Positions 36,314 to 45,583 of a stretch of 64,000 bases of DNA are shown here, one piece after another. The stretch spans positions 46,690-110,689 of the forward strand of contig JBBRLJ010000012.1 of assembly GCA_038231435.1 (NCBI GenBank), in the 5' to 3' direction. A model generated the notes under the pieces. The model was given only the letters and a program-made list of their open reading frames with translations, had not been told where the DNA came from and searched no databases. Numbering within the stretch: position 1 is the stretch's first letter; every line of letters begins with the position of its first letter. Source of the stretch: Planctomycetota bacterium (GTDB lineage Bacteria > Planctomycetota > UBA11346). A program made the translations under genes and the position numbers.

Positions 36314-36339
36314 ATTTACGGTAGTAGACAGAATCCTCG

Positions 36340-37611
36340 TCAGGCGTGGCGCAGGGCTTCGACTGGCTGCATGCGGGCGGCCTTGACCGCCGGGGATAGC
36401 CCCGCGACCACGCCCACCACCATCGAGATGCCGACTGAGAGCATCACCGACCACGGCGTGATCAGGATCGGCCAGCCAGCGAGTTCGTTCACCAGCGCTG
36501 CTCCGACCAGGCCGACGAGGATGCCGACCAGCCCGCCGACCATCGCCATGACCACGGTTTCGACCAGGAACTGGTTGCGGATGTCGCTGCGGCGCGCGCC
36601 CACGGCGCGACGGATGCCGATCTCGCGCGTGCGTTCGAGCACGTTTGCGAGCATGATGTTCATGATGCCGATGCCACCCACCAGCAGTGAGATGCTGGCA
36701 ATCGAAAACATCACGATCGCGAAGATGGTCTGGGTGCGGCGCTGCTGTTCGAGCAGTTCGAGCGGTACCACCACTTCGATATCGCCGCGTTCATGGGTTC
36801 GCCCGAGCACCTTGCGCACCAGTGCGCCCGCGGTGAGCACGTCCGCCGTTCCGGCGAATCGCATCACCAGCTGGGCGATCTCGAGCCGCGACACCTGATA
36901 GGACCCGGCTTCGTACTCGACGCTGAGCAGCCCAAAGTAGGTCTTCGCGCTGGTCTCGGGGATGAAGATGGTGCGATTGAGATCCTCGGCTCCCAGCCCG
37001 CCGATGCCGGCGGTACGCTTGTTCTCGAGCACCCCGACCACGCGCAGCCACTGCCCGGAGATCTGCACATCCTTGCCGAGCGGATCCTGGAGCCGGAAGA
37101 GGTCGCGCGCGACCTCGGCGCCCAGCACCGCCACCGGCAGCAGCCGCTCCATGTCGAGCTGGCAGATGAATCTCCCCGAGGCGATGGATAGGTGCGCGGC
37201 CGCCGCGTAGAGCGGTTCGGTGGCGATGATGCGCGTCTCGATCTCGCGCGATCCGTTGAATACCTTCTGTCGCACCTGTCGGGTGGCCACGTTCTCGATC
37301 ATGTCCGGCACCACTCGCGCAAGGTGCTGGCGGTCCTTGAAGGTCAGGCCGTAGGCGAGCACGTTGGAGGTGTCGTTCTTATCATCCTTGGTCTTGGGCT
37401 TCACAGTGGGGCGCACGCTCTTCACCAGCACCCGGTCCATGCCCATCTGCTGGATCGCGCCGAGCGCCTCGGAGCGCGCTCCCTCGCTGATCGCTAGCAT
37501 GGCGATGACCGCGCCGACGCCGAAGACCATGCCGAGCATGGTCAGCAGCGAGCGCAGCTTGTGGTGGGCGAGGCCGACGAGCGAGGTCGCGAGCAGCGGA
37601 GGCAGGATCAC
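36340..37611 (-). CDS. ABC transporter permease, MacB/FtsX-type
   Basis: A GTG at 37611 overlaps the upstream stop (GTGA). The N-terminal TM is LRSLLTMLGMVFGVGAVIAMLAISEGA, followed by a large periplasmic domain. The C-terminal FtsX region includes ERTREIGIRRAVGARRSDI. Confidence 0.8.
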   Translation of the reverse strand: MILPPLLATSLVGLAHHKLRSLLTMLGMVFGVGAVIAMLAISEGARSEALGAIQQMGMDRVLVKSVRPTVKPKTKDDKNDTSNVLAYGLTFKDRQHLARVVPDMIENVATRQVRQKVFNGSREIETRIIATEPLYAAAAHLSIASGRFICQLDMERLLPVAVLGAEVARDLFRLQDPLGKDVQISGQWLRVVGVLENKRTAGIGGLGAEDLNRTIFIPETSAKTYFGLLSVEYEAGSYQVSRLEIAQLVMRFAGTADVLTAGALVRKVLGRTHERGDIEVVVPLELLEQQRRTQTIFAIVMFSIASISLLVGGIGIMNIMLANVLERTREIGIRRAVGARRSDIRNQFLVETVVMAMVGGLVGILVGLVGAALVNELAGWPILITPWSVMLSVGISMVVGVVAGLSPAVKAARMQPVEALRHA

Positions 37612-38372
37612 GATCCGGCCTCGGCCTGATCCCTGGCCTGCGATGCGACCAGCGATCCGTCGAGCATCCGCACCACCCGCTGCGCCTTGGCGGCGACACC
37701 GTGATCGTGGGTGACCATGATCACGGTGAGACCCAGCGCATTGAGCTCCTGGAAAAGTCCAATGATCTCGGCGCCGGTTCGGCTGTCGAGATTGCCGGTG
37801 GGCTCGTCGGCGACCAGCAGCGACGGCTCGCACACCAGCGCTCGCGCGATGGCGCCGCGCTGCATCTCGCCGCCCGACATCTGCGCCGGGTGATGGGTGA
37901 CCCGGTCCTTCAGTCCGACTCGTTCGAGCGCGGCGAGCGCCCGGCGGCGGCGTTCGGCCGCGCCCACGCCGAGATAGAGCATCGGCAGCTCGACGTTCTC
38001 GGTCACGGTCATCTGCGGGATCAGGTTGAAGAACTGGAAGACGAATCCGACCTGGCGGCCGCGCAGCCGGGCGAGCCGATCGTCGTCGAGACCCGAGACC
38101 TCCTCGCCGGCGAGCTTGTAGCTGCCGCCGTCTGGGCGGTCGAGGCAGCCGATGATGTGCATCAGCGTGGTCTTGCCGGAACCCGAGGGGCCCATCAGCG
38201 CCACGAATTCACCGCGTGCGATGCCGAGATCGATGCCCTTGAGCACCGGCAGTTCACGCGCGCCGAGGCGATAGGTGCGGCGGATGTCCACGAGCTCTAC
38301 GATAGGCGCGCCGGTGGCCGTCGCGGCTGCCATCGCAGGGGTCATTCCAGTGGAGCCCAGGTGTCCGGTCAT
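37608..38372 (-). CDS. ABC transporter ATP-binding protein (MacB/LolD-type)
   Basis: Walker A GPSGSGKTT, signature LSGGEMQRGAIARAL and Walker B LLVADEPTGNLD. The ATG overlaps the upstream stop (ATGA at 38369-38372). Confidence 0.9.
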   Translation of the reverse strand: MTGHLGSTGMTPAMAAATATGAPIVELVDIRRTYRLGARELPVLKGIDLGIARGEFVALMGPSGSGKTTLMHIIGCLDRPDGGSYKLAGEEVSGLDDDRLARLRGRQVGFVFQFFNLIPQMTVTENVELPMLYLGVGAAERRRRALAALERVGLKDRVTHHPAQMSGGEMQRGAIARALVCEPSLLVADEPTGNLDSRTGAEIIGLFQELNALGLTVIMVTHDHGVAAKAQRVVRMLDGSLVASQARDQAEAGS

Positions 38373-39889
38373 TTCGCCGGCGTTGCGCCCGCACCCGGCG
38401 TGGCGGCGGAGGATTCTCCGGAAGCCTTGTCGTCCTTGGCGCCGGGATCGATCGAGAGCATCACCACCGTCTCGCCGGCCTGCAAACCAGCCGTGATCAC
38501 CACGTGGTCATCGTTGCTCCGCCCGAGAGTGATGGGGCGCTTCGCGACCGAGCCCCGGGTCTCCACGTAGCAGAAGTGTTCGTCACCTTTGCTCGAGACC
38601 ATGTCGACCGGGATATGCAGGACCTTTTCCAGGTGGCCGACCAGGACCTCGACCTTGGTCGACATGCCGGGACGGAACGCGGTGCCTACGGTGTCCCCCA
38701 GGCTGCAGGTGGTCATGTACTGCTTGCCTTCGCCCTGCCTCCGCCAATCCGTCGACGCGGTCGGGGCGATCTTGAGCAGCGCTCCGACGAACACCTTGCC
38801 GTCGATGCCTTCGACGCGCGTGGTCACGCGCTGGCCCTCGGCGATCCTCGAGATGTCGACCTCGTTCACCCCGAATTCCGCAACCATGTCGGTGAGGTCG
38901 GGTAGGGTCATCATCGGCTGGTTCTGGTAGATGTCCGCGCCGACCTGCAAGCGGTTGCCGTAGTTGTAGTTTTCGTTGCCCGAGCCGTAGACCACCAGCC
39001 CGTCGTTGGTGGCGAGCACGATCAGCGACTGCTTCTTGTCGGTGAGATCCGCGAGACGGGTCTCCATCTGCGTGAGGATGCTCTGCTGCTTCTGGATCTC
39101 GGCCTCCTTCTGCGCGTGCAGGGTCTCCATCTGCTGGGCGATGCGCTGCTTCGCGAGCGATGCATTGTCCACTTCGGCGTCGTGCTTGGATTTCTCGGTG
39201 GGATACTCGTACTGCTGGAAGATCTCGAGTTCGCGCGTCTTGTGGGTCACGGCCAGGGCCTTCTCGCGCGCCTCGAGCTCGGCGACACGCATTTCGGTGC
39301 CGGTGACGAAGCCCTTCTCGAGCAGCATGGGCATGCGCTGGGATTTCTCCTTTGAATCGGTGAGCTCGGACGACGCCTTCTCGAGCGCCAGGCGCAGGTC
39401 CTGCTCCTGCAAGGGGGCCTTGCCCTTCTCGTACTGCTCGAGCGCCATGCCCGCGGTGATCAGGGCGCGCTCGGCGTCTGCGGTTTGCTTCTGCGCGTCG
39501 AGCTCCTGCAGCTTGAGCTCGCGCCTGGCGTTCTCGAGCGCGCGTTCGGCGTTCTCCTTCTCCTGCTGGGTCTGGGTGAACTGGTTGTCCAGATCCTTGT
39601 TCTCCAGCTCGATGAGCTTGTCGCCCTTCTTGACCGTCGTGCCTTCGGCGATCAGCCACACCGCCTTGCCGTTCACCTTGCACTCGATGAAGATCGGCTT
39701 CTGCGATTTGAGTGAGCCGTGCTCGGTGATGACCACGTCGAGGTCCGACACCGTCGCCTGGTAGCGGGCGAGCACGGTGCCGCTGCCGATCGCGTTCTTG
39801 CCGCAGCCCGCCATCGCCACCGCCATCGAGGCGGATGCGGCCACGGCGACCGCGAACGCCATCATGGACGGGATCCGGCCGAGGATCAC
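38369..39889 (-). CDS. HlyD/MacA-type periplasmic adaptor (membrane fusion protein) with long coiled coil
   Basis: A GTG at 39889 overlaps the TolC stop (GTGA). The lipoprotein-like signal is MILGRIPSMMAFAVAVAASASMAVAMAGC. A long E/K/Q/L coiled-coil segment and a beta-barrel C-terminus follow. Confidence 0.8.
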   Translation of the reverse strand: MILGRIPSMMAFAVAVAASASMAVAMAGCGKNAIGSGTVLARYQATVSDLDVVITEHGSLKSQKPIFIECKVNGKAVWLIAEGTTVKKGDKLIELENKDLDNQFTQTQQEKENAERALENARRELKLQELDAQKQTADAERALITAGMALEQYEKGKAPLQEQDLRLALEKASSELTDSKEKSQRMPMLLEKGFVTGTEMRVAELEAREKALAVTHKTRELEIFQQYEYPTEKSKHDAEVDNASLAKQRIAQQMETLHAQKEAEIQKQQSILTQMETRLADLTDKKQSLIVLATNDGLVVYGSGNENYNYGNRLQVGADIYQNQPMMTLPDLTDMVAEFGVNEVDISRIAEGQRVTTRVEGIDGKVFVGALLKIAPTASTDWRRQGEGKQYMTTCSLGDTVGTAFRPGMSTKVEVLVGHLEKVLHIPVDMVSSKGDEHFCYVETRGSVAKRPITLGRSNDDHVVITAGLQAGETVVMLSIDPGAKDDKASGESSAATPGAGATPAK

Positions 39890-41421
39890 GGCAGCACTCC
39901 CACCGTGGTCGCGTATTCCGGCGCGGCGTCGGACCACGCGCCCGCGTCGCTCACCATCAATGTCCCGGTGTCGTGGCGCAGCTGCAGTTCGGCGCTGCGG
40001 TAACTGACGATCGCGCCGAACCACGCGTTCTCGCCCTGTCGCACCTCGTTCTGCGCCTCGACGATGTCGAGGTTGGAGATCAGGCCGGCCTTGAAGTCGA
40101 GGAAGGCCTTTTCGGCGCGATTGCGCGTCTGGGTGCGGTTGCGCTCCTGGATGAGCAGCGAAGCCTCGGCCGAGCGCAAGTTGCGGATGGCTTCGAGCAC
40201 TTGGCGGATGATCGATTGCTTCTGGGCCTCGAGTGCGCGGCTGGCCTGGATCCTGGCGATCATCGCCTGCTCGTACGACAGCTCTTCGCCACGGCGGTTG
40301 AACGGGATCTGCAGGGTCATGCCGACGGTGTAGCTGGGATCGCCCGCTACCGGACTGTGCCAGTCGGAAGCCGGCGCGCCTCCGTAGCCGACGCTGGCGT
40401 TGAGATCGAGCTGGGGTAGCAAGGCCCGGCGCGACAAGGTGAGCGCGCGCTGCGCGTCCGCGACCCGGTCATCGGTGGTCATCAGGTCGAGTCGGTGCGT
40501 CATTGCCGTGGCGATGGCGCGCTTCGCGTCCACCTCGAGCTTCGGGCCCGAGGGCGGAGCGGTGTCGATGGCCAGGCGTTCGTCGACCGGGAGGTTGAGA
40601 TCGAACTTGAAGGCGTCGAGCGCCGCGTTGAACGCCGCCTCGGCGTCCACCAGCGATTGGCGAGCGGCGAGCAGCGCCACCTCGGCGCGGAAGACGTCAT
40701 TGGCGTTGGATTTGCCGATCGACATCAGGGCGCGCGATTGCTCGTAGAGGAATTCGGAGCGGCCGACACCCATGCGCGCCTGCTCGAGCGCGTGCTGCTG
40801 GCCCTGCAGGGACCAGAACGTGCGACTGATGCCGAGCGTCAGCTCCTCGCGGTACTGTTCGTAGCCACGCATGCTGTAGATGTAGCTGCGCTCGGCCGAG
40901 GTCAGGCCCTCGCGCCAGACCAGCGAGCCGGCATTGCGCAGCAGCGGTTGCAGGAGCGAGGCGCTCGAGGACGTGGTCTTGGTTTCGGCCGCGCCTGGCG
41001 CGTGCGAGACCTGGGCGGTGGTGCTGACGCTGGCGGTGCCGCCGGTCGGCAGGGTCTGGCTCGCGCCGAGGGTGGCGGTCTCGGCATCGCTCGGCGCGGA
41101 GTTGCCGCGTCCGGACATGCTGGCGCCGAGCGTACCGGTCGGCTGCGGACCATAACTCGCGCGGGCGTTGCGCAGGGTCATGGCGAGGAGCTTCAGCTCC
41201 TCGTCGCGCGACTGCTTCTCGCGTCCCTGGGTGTGGGCGTAGCGCAGCGCGTCGGCGAGCGTCAGGATCTGCGCGCCCGATGGATTGTCGATCGCCGCGG
41301 CGGCGTCCTCGGCCTCTGGCGGCCCCATGACTGGCGGTAGCTCGGCCGCGCTGCCGCTTGCGCAGGCGAAGGCGCACGCGAGCGAGATGACGGCGAGGAG
41401 GTGCAAGCGGTAGCGGTGCAT
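39886..41421 (-). CDS. TolC-family outer-membrane efflux protein
   Basis: From the ATG at 41421 the signal is MHRYRLHLLAVISLACAFACA. Two-repeat architecture with characteristic L..A...A......A....Y.P patterns. Confidence 0.8.
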   Translation of the reverse strand: MHRYRLHLLAVISLACAFACASGSAAELPPVMGPPEAEDAAAAIDNPSGAQILTLADALRYAHTQGREKQSRDEELKLLAMTLRNARASYGPQPTGTLGASMSGRGNSAPSDAETATLGASQTLPTGGTASVSTTAQVSHAPGAAETKTTSSSASLLQPLLRNAGSLVWREGLTSAERSYIYSMRGYEQYREELTLGISRTFWSLQGQQHALEQARMGVGRSEFLYEQSRALMSIGKSNANDVFRAEVALLAARQSLVDAEAAFNAALDAFKFDLNLPVDERLAIDTAPPSGPKLEVDAKRAIATAMTHRLDLMTTDDRVADAQRALTLSRRALLPQLDLNASVGYGGAPASDWHSPVAGDPSYTVGMTLQIPFNRRGEELSYEQAMIARIQASRALEAQKQSIIRQVLEAIRNLRSAEASLLIQERNRTQTRNRAEKAFLDFKAGLISNLDIVEAQNEVRQGENAWFGAIVSYRSAELQLRHDTGTLMVSDAGAWSDAAPEYATTVGVLP

Positions 41422-41575
41422 GGGCGAGCGCAGGGAATACGCGCGACGCGGAACATCGTTGTGGGGATGGTCGGCGGTTAGCGCTGGTCGCTCGACTCGC
41501 CGGCGGTGTGGCAATCACCCGGGGACAGCCCGTCGTCGACGGCAGGACAGCAGGCTTTCATCCAGGTCGGCTATC

Positions 41576-41596
41576 GACGACGGACGACAGACGCGC
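41576..41596. repeat. heptamer array (GACGACG)-type, 3 units
   Basis: gacgacg gacgaca gacgcgc. This is the same unit as at 18553. Confidence 0.65.
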
Positions 41597-41601
41597 TGTC
41601 C

Positions 41602-42891
41602 TCAGTGCCTGCCGATCAGTTCCGCGGCTGACTTCGCGGCCTTGCGCACTTCGAGATCGTCACGTTCGTTCTTCGCCACGCCCTGCAGGCTGGTCAGTGC
41701 CGGTGTCGCCACCTCGGCCATGAGCATGAACGCGGTGCAGGCGCCGATGCGCGCGCGCTTGTCGTCGGTCTTGGTCTCGAGCACCTGTTCGAGCACCGGG
41801 ATCGAGCGCGCCGGCTCCGCGGCCACCGACAGCGCCTTCATCGCTTCAGCCCGGGTCTCGGGATCGGCGGCCGGATCGGCGGTCAGCGTGATCAGGCGGT
41901 CGACCACCTCGGGGAGTTTGCGCCTATGGAAGAACACGGCCGCGCACGCGCCCTTGGTGGCGTCGGCGTTGCCGCCGTCGAGAGCCTCGCGGACCGCCTT
42001 GGCGACGCCATCGTCCCAGGCGCCGAGCGCAGCGAGGGTCGCGAGCGCCTGGCCCTGGACCTTGGGCGATTCCGCGGTGGTCTGCTTGCGCGCGGCCGTC
42101 ACCGCCGCGTCCTTGCCCGCGCCGACGGCGCGAGCGAGCGCCGCCAGCGCCCCGACCGCGACCTCGTCCTCCGAATCCTCGCTGGCGAAGGCTGCCGGAT
42201 CGACCAGTTCGACGGGGAGATTGTCGAAGCAGCGGCACATCAGGTGCAAGGCCTCGACGCGCACCTTGGCGTCAGGGCTGTGCGAGAGCTTGGCCAGCAT
42301 GGCCAAGTCGCCGGACGCCTCGCGTCGGTAGTCGGCGTCGCTCTCGCAACGCTTGCGCGAGACCTGCACGGCGTTCTCGCGGGTCTGCAGCTCCTCGCTG
42401 TCGAGGGCTGTGAGCAGCTGCTTCGCGGTCAGCTGACCGGCCTGCGCGAGGCCTTTCTGGCTGGCGCTGCTCTCGCGGAACTTGCGGATCTCTTCGAGCG
42501 TCGCGCGCGCGAGCTTGCGCACCTTCTCATCCGGATCGGCCATCATCTTCTCGATGCGCTGCACCTGCTCTCCGCTCAGGTGCACCGGCGGCTTGATGGC
42601 GTTCAGCACATTCTGCTTGAGGCCCGCGTCGGCATTGTCGAGCAGGGGCATGAGATCCGGCAGGGCGGCTTCGACGGCGGCCGGACCGATGTCCACGATG
42701 CGTTGCAGCGGCGAGGCCTTGAGCAGGGGATCCCGCGAGGCGCGCAGATCGGCGAGCTGCTTGTCCAGGCTGCGCTGCTGCGCGGCGCTCAGCGCCGGGG
42801 CGGGGGCGGCATCGACGGCCCATGCAGCCGGGCCCGTGGCGGCCACCGAGACCACCGAAGCCGCGAGCAGGAGAGCTACGAGTGGGCGCAT
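41602..42891 (-). CDS. secreted HEAT-repeat protein
   Basis: The ATG at 42891 is preceded by GGAGG. Signal MRPLVALLLAASVVSVAATGPAAWA. HEAT-like units include DEKVRKLARATLEEI, DAKVRVEALHLM, PETRAEAMKAL and DLEVRKAAKSAAELI. Confidence 0.65.
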   Translation of the reverse strand: MRPLVALLLAASVVSVAATGPAAWAVDAAPAPALSAAQQRSLDKQLADLRASRDPLLKASPLQRIVDIGPAAVEAALPDLMPLLDNADAGLKQNVLNAIKPPVHLSGEQVQRIEKMMADPDEKVRKLARATLEEIRKFRESSASQKGLAQAGQLTAKQLLTALDSEELQTRENAVQVSRKRCESDADYRREASGDLAMLAKLSHSPDAKVRVEALHLMCRCFDNLPVELVDPAAFASEDSEDEVAVGALAALARAVGAGKDAAVTAARKQTTAESPKVQGQALATLAALGAWDDGVAKAVREALDGGNADATKGACAAVFFHRRKLPEVVDRLITLTADPAADPETRAEAMKALSVAAEPARSIPVLEQVLETKTDDKRARIGACTAFMLMAEVATPALTSLQGVAKNERDDLEVRKAAKSAAELIGRH

Positions 42892-42988
42892 GGATCCTCC
42901 ACCATATGGTAGACCCAGGGGACGCCGGCCACAGCCGCAAGACCCTCCGAAATGGACCTCCGGGTGCGCCGCTGTATCATCTGCAAGG

Positions 42989-44641
42989 ATGTCCTCCCCG
43001 CTCGGAACCCTCCCTGCATGGTGTCGCCAGCTCGTGCTCTGCGGCTGCCTGGGCTTGTCGGGCGCCGTGGCTGCGCCGCTCGCCAGGTGCGCTGATTCCG
43101 ATACCGGCGCGGCAGCGTTCGGACTACCGGCGCTCTCTTCTGAGACTTCTGAGCTCCCTACAGAGAAGACTGCTGAGAATACGTCGTCGCTCTCGGCTCT
43201 GGAGGCCCAGTTGGCTTCAGATCTCGCCCATCCTCGCGATCTGTCGCGTGCCGCGCATCGCGCCTTGCTGCTCAAAGCCGCCAATGCCGGCTCGGCCATC
43301 GCCGCGGTACGGCTGTGCTCGCTCGGGTGGTTCGATGCGATGCGCCGCGTCGAGGTCGAACGTCCCGCCCTCGCCGCGTGGAACGGTGCCGAGGCGGCCG
43401 TCGCCGGCTGGCGCCTCGGTCGACTCCATGATGAACTGTGGATCAACCGGCTCGAGGCCCTGCCCGGGCTCGGCGCCGAGATGCGCGCTGACGAGCAAGT
43501 GGCGGCGGCCGAGGATCTGCTCGCCGACGCCGAGCCCGATCCGGCGGCGCTGCTCGACGCCGCCTACGTGCTCGCGGCCAATGGCGACGATGGCGAGGTT
43601 CGCGCGCGTGCTCTCGCGGCGCGCGCGGGCGTCAGGCTGCGAGCCGACGGTTTCGCTGGCGACGACCTGCTGCTGATCGAGGGGCGCGGCGAGCTGCTCA
43701 TCGATTGCCAGGACTACCTGGAACAAGCCGATTGGGCTGGCACCGAGGCGCTGTTCGCGGCCGAGGCCGGCGCGCGGGCGGCACGCGGGGATCGCGTCGG
43801 TGAGGCCATCGCGTTGCGCTTGAGCGCGCAGGCCGCGTCGGGAGCCGGCGATGCCGAGCGCGCGCGCGCATCGATGGAACGCGCGGCGGCGCTGTTTGCA
43901 GACGCGGCCGACTACGCCCGGCGCGGCCGCTGCCTGCACCTACTGGGCGAATGGTGTCAACCGTCAGCCGATACGCGCGGCGATCGCGCCCGCGCCATCC
44001 GTCTGTTCCGCGCGGCGGCCGCCAGCTGCCAGCGCGCCCAGGACTGGGAGGGTGCCGGAGCGAGCCTGTCGGCATTGGGCTGGTGCCTCTATCCGGACAT
44101 GCCCGAGCAGGGCGCGGGACGGATCGAGGGCCCACCCGAGCTGCCCGACGATGTCGACTGGGGGCTTGCCGCCGCGACCTTCGCGGCGGCCGCCGGAGCG
44201 CATGGGCTGGACGGGGATATCGAGGCCCAGGCGCGCGATTACCACTGCCAGGGCCTGTGCCTGGATCCCACCTTCAACACCATGGGCTCGCCGCTGTTCT
44301 CGATCCCGGTGTTCATGGCCGCCGAATCCGACTTCGCGCGCACCGCCGACGTCTCGACCAGGGCTTGGAACCTGTGCGTGCTCGGTGAGACGCGACGCGA
44401 TGCCGGTGATCGAGATGGCGCGCGCGAATCGCTGCGCTCCGCCGCCGAGCTGGCCCTGCAGGAGAACGAGGAGGATCTGCTCGCGCGCATCGGCGACGAC
44501 CTATCCGCGCTCCCGGGTGCCGCGCCGGCGGAGACCGCGCAGCTGCATGCGCGCGATCCGCGGGATCCGCTCGCGGATCCGGCCGATCCCTCCGTCCCCG
44601 CGGGTGTACCCGCCGATGGTCAGCTGAAGTCGCGCCGGTAG
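42989..44641 (+). CDS. hypothetical secreted Ala-rich helical-repeat (TPR-like) protein
   Basis: The in-frame ATG at 42989 gives a signal-like MSSPLGTLPAWCRQLVLCGCLGLSGAVAAPLA. The track ORF 42482.. overlaps the divergent gene. I recognise no family confidently. Confidence 0.5.
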   Translation: MSSPLGTLPAWCRQLVLCGCLGLSGAVAAPLARCADSDTGAAAFGLPALSSETSELPTEKTAENTSSLSALEAQLASDLAHPRDLSRAAHRALLLKAANAGSAIAAVRLCSLGWFDAMRRVEVERPALAAWNGAEAAVAGWRLGRLHDELWINRLEALPGLGAEMRADEQVAAAEDLLADAEPDPAALLDAAYVLAANGDDGEVRARALAARAGVRLRADGFAGDDLLLIEGRGELLIDCQDYLEQADWAGTEALFAAEAGARAARGDRVGEAIALRLSAQAASGAGDAERARASMERAAALFADAADYARRGRCLHLLGEWCQPSADTRGDRARAIRLFRAAAASCQRAQDWEGAGASLSALGWCLYPDMPEQGAGRIEGPPELPDDVDWGLAAATFAAAAGAHGLDGDIEAQARDYHCQGLCLDPTFNTMGSPLFSIPVFMAAESDFARTADVSTRAWNLCVLGETRRDAGDRDGARESLRSAAELALQENEEDLLARIGDDLSALPGAAPAETAQLHARDPRDPLADPADPSVPAGVPADGQLKSRR

Positions 44642-45435
44642 CGCGCCGGGCTCAGGCCGGTGACGAGCTTGAACTGGCGATTGAAGAAATATTCGTCGCA
44701 ATAGCCGAGGCGCTCGGCGATCGTCGCCAAGGGCGCTCCATCCTCGGTGAGCATCTGCCGCGCGCGCTCGATGCGCTTGAGCTGTCGGTAGCGCGCGGGC
44801 GGCATGCCCATCTCGCGAGCGAAGAATTTACGGAAGCGCTCGTAGCCCATGCCGAGCCCTTTCGCGACGCGTTCGAGATCGAGTGGGCGATCGAGCGCGT
44901 CGGCCAGCCGCGCGCAGGCCTGCGCGACCAATCCCGCCTCGGGACGCTGCGCGCGGTCGAGACGCATGACCTCGGCGCACAGCAAGTGGGCGCGCGCGAC
45001 CAAGCTCGGTGAATCGCGCACGTCCCCGGATCCAAAGCCCGCGTGGATCGAATCGAAGCCGTCCATCAGGCGCTGATCCAGGCCGGGATGGACGACGGGG
45101 CGGTCGCGGTCGAGCACGCCTTCGTGCTCCAGCTGCTGGAACACCCCACCGCGGAACACCAGCCACACCTCGACCCACAACGGCTGGTCGCCGCTGTAGT
45201 AGCTGTGCGGTTTGCCTGGGAACAGCACCAGCACGTCGCCGGCGCCGATGCGCCGTTCGGGGGTGGTGTCGTCGCGGTAGTAGCCGCCGCCGTCGAGCAG
45301 GTAGACGAGCGCGTGGGCGCCCAGGTCGCGATCCCAGGTGCCGGTGCCCTTGGCCTTGTCGAGATAGCCGCAGCCCACGATCTCCGAACGCCGCGAGGGT
45401 GTCTGGAGCCTCAGCTCGAGGGGTGTGGGGGCCAT
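44620..45435 (-). CDS. AraC family transcriptional regulator (cupin + HTH)
   Basis: From the ATG at 45435 there is an N-terminal cupin (GDVLVLFPGKPHSY). The C-terminal HTH reads LERVAKGLGMGYERFRKFFAREMGMPPARY...IAERLGYCDEYFFNRQFKLVTGLSPARYRR. Confidence 0.8.
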   Translation of the reverse strand: MAPTPLELRLQTPSRRSEIVGCGYLDKAKGTGTWDRDLGAHALVYLLDGGGYYRDDTTPERRIGAGDVLVLFPGKPHSYYSGDQPLWVEVWLVFRGGVFQQLEHEGVLDRDRPVVHPGLDQRLMDGFDSIHAGFGSGDVRDSPSLVARAHLLCAEVMRLDRAQRPEAGLVAQACARLADALDRPLDLERVAKGLGMGYERFRKFFAREMGMPPARYRQLKRIERARQMLTEDGAPLATIAERLGYCDEYFFNRQFKLVTGLSPARYRRDFS

Positions 45436-45500
45436 GGAGGGATCATACCACCATACCATAAAACACAAAAGGCCATGCCAATTCATCCATTGGTTATGCC

Positions 45501-45537
45501 AAATCACTGATCCAATACCGGTATAAATCAGTGATCT
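45501..45537. promoter_or_regulatory. two copies of AAATCA(C/G)TGATC in the AraC/PhyH divergent promoter region (candidate operator)
   Basis: aaatcactgatc at 45501-45512 and aaatcagtgatc at 45525-45536. Each is a 9-bp palindrome ATCA-S-TGAT, with centres 24 nt apart, in an AT-rich island. Confidence 0.4.
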
Positions 45538-45583
45538 CGCTAACATCGCGCATTGCCGGACCCTTCCACCGAGGAAACCATCC

